Part shown: one piece after another, positions 61,940-64,000 of the stretch
How the letters are laid out: each line of letters opens with the position of its first letter
Position numbering within the stretch: position 1 is the stretch's first letter
Source of the DNA: Antedon mediterranea
Lineage: Eukaryota; Animalia; Echinodermata
Direction of reading: 5' to 3'
DNA length: 64,000 bases
Assembly (NCBI RefSeq): GCF_964355755.1
Contig: NC_092671.1
Location: 36,032,304 to 36,096,303, forward strand
Made by a program: the position numbers and the translations under genes
Notes under the pieces: model-generated
The model's database searches: none
The model's input: only the letters and a program-made list of their open reading frames with translations
Told to the model about the DNA's origin: nothing

Positions 61940-62169
61940 TATTATTATACAATTGAAAGCAAAACCCGTTGAATCTCAAATCATTAGGACTAGAAATTTG
62001 GCTTATCAATCAAATAAATACTTTCGTTCAAAATGAAACTCCAACCTCTCTAATCAAAAGATTGAACTCGAAAACGGACCGTTTTTTTTAATTGGTTATG
62101 TTGAAACATTTCAATATTCATTTAAAAAAGTACATTAATTATGGTATTGATCAGTGGCTATAGAGGCGT

Positions 62170-63142
62170 AAAAACCCTCGGTCAATATTATGTAAAATGC
62201 ACTGTGGAAGGGTCATTATTAAGACTGCAAAATTGGGCTTATCAACAAATAAATACTTTCGTTCAAAATGTAAAATCAAGGCTGAAAAATTGGGCTTATC
62301 AACAACAAAATATTTTATTATTAGACGCGATAACATCAAGGATAATCAGTATAATTATTAATATAGCCACTGTTACTAGTTTTATTCTACATGCTAAAGT
62401 AAATAAAAATCCACTAGAAAACAAGCAAGTCTGAATGTTATGCTTATTTAATATTAGCCATGTTATGTTTGTTACTGTAGGCCTATGATTGTTTGCAATG
62501 TCCACATATTATTTCCGTGGGCATATCCATAGTGTATCACTCACAAAAAAGACGTGTGAGGTTCTTTCTTTAGATTTTGAAGAATGATTTGTGTTATAGG
62601 TTGACACAAGAGTCAAATGCTCAAGATATCGGCTAACGCCATGGGACCCTTGGCTTATCAATGAATAATAAATACAGTACTACTTTCGTTCAATTGAAAT
62701 CGGAATCTGACCGTTTCATTAAATTGGGTGTGATTAGGCCTAAACATATAATAATTTATTAAAAAGGTACAATAAAAACAAATGCATCAGAGGCGTAAAG
62801 AACCCACGGTCAATATCATGTAAAATGTATATGGTATAAGTACTGTGGAAGGGGTCATTATTATTAAACTGGAAAATTCGGCTTATCAACAAATAAATAC
62901 TTTCGTTTAAAATGTAAAATAAGACTGCAAAATTGGGCTTATCAACAAATAAATACTTTCGTTCAAAATGTAAAATAAGACTGCACAATTGGGCTTATCA
63001 ACAAATAAAATACTTTTTTTTTCAAAATGTAAAATTAAGACTGGAAAATTGAGCTTATAAACAAATAAATACTTTTTTTCAAAATGTAAAATTAAGACTG
63101 GAAAATTGGGCTTATAAACAAATAAATACTTCCGTTCAAAAT
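62170..63142. repeat. ~56-58-bp tandem repeat clusters
   Basis: AAGACTG(C/G)AAAATTGGGCTTATCAACAAATAAATACTTTCGTTCAAAATGTAAAAT, about 2 copies at 62221-62310 and about 5 at 62865-63142. Confidence 0.85.
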
Positions 63143-64000
63143 GGAAGAAAACTTTTTTTAAATATAATCCTTAAGCTCTGTCTATACTATCAAACTAAAT
63201 ATGATGTGCCCATATTATATAGACATGACGATGTCATATCACTACGATAATCGGGCATATCACTACCATATTTGGGCACATCACACTTTTTTTGTTAAAC
63301 TAGTTGGGACAGTGTAGACACAGAACTATGTGATCGAAACATAAGTCGGAATTGGACTGACGCGATTGATTTAATTGGGTATTTTTATTAATGTAATGAT
63401 TCATTAAAAATAATACCGATACGCGTTATGTATTGATCAATGGTGCAAAAAACCCTGAGAAATAATGTTATAACGCGATTTGGTGATAGCTTAGCAATAA
63501 TACAACCCATATACTATTATTATAAATACCTATTACAAATCCATTCATATAACTTTTCATCGCGAACCGAAAATGTATAAATGTTATTCTACAGACAGTA
63601 ATTACATATTCAAAAGCCATATTATTATTATTATCAATACCTAAATGCGATAGTAATAACCACATACATTATTCCCAATACAAGTTTGTGCGTTTAATTC
63701 TAGAAAGAAACGACTGTGCTGACAGGCCAATGACATAAATCACAAGTCCCAATTGTTCACTTGCGTTTTGATTGGCCGACCTGTTATATTAGATTAATGA
63801 AGACTGTTCTTACAACTGTCCAGTCAAAAAGTTACGCGGCGTTTTTTGTAAGAAATATTTCTTGTTTTATATGTGAATAAATATTATTTTTTTGTTACAG
63901 AAGTCACGTGAATACTCAATTTCTGTCACTTTAGTTAATTTTATTGCTAAGGTCAAATCTGGGGGTCACTTCATCACCCGAGATATTTCAATTGTGAAGT

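Overview
AT-rich, intron-rich animal genomic DNA (invertebrate-like; taxon cannot be fixed from sequence alone). The left 27.5 kb holds a conserved SWI/SNF (BAF) core subunit gene, SMARCC1/2 (minus strand, at least 22 coding exons; SWIRM, SANT and coiled-coil regions). Its introns are full of MITEs, tRNA-derived SINEs and hammerhead-like motifs. Head-to-head with it starts a plus-strand tandem cluster (28.4-53.8 kb) of four paralogous genes that the ORF track misses because the exons are only about 80-200 nt. Each gene has a signal-peptide exon followed by symmetric phase-1 exons, and each of these encodes one 6-Cys module plus a Pro-rich linker. Gene A has 17 modules (~616 aa) and appears to be built by tandem duplication of a whole ancestral gene, with fossil first exons left in its introns. 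Genes B (4 modules) and C (2 modules) end in a basic cleavage site followed by a short peptide with an amidation signal. Gene D has lost its first splice donor. Also present: a young 5'-truncated CR1-group LINE inside a 27-bp minisatellite, a Penelope-like fragment with a hammerhead ribozyme, and an intron-containing Academ (XPG + Cys8) transposon derivative whose two ends are both copies of the 3' end. All gene models were read by eye and need RNA confirmation.
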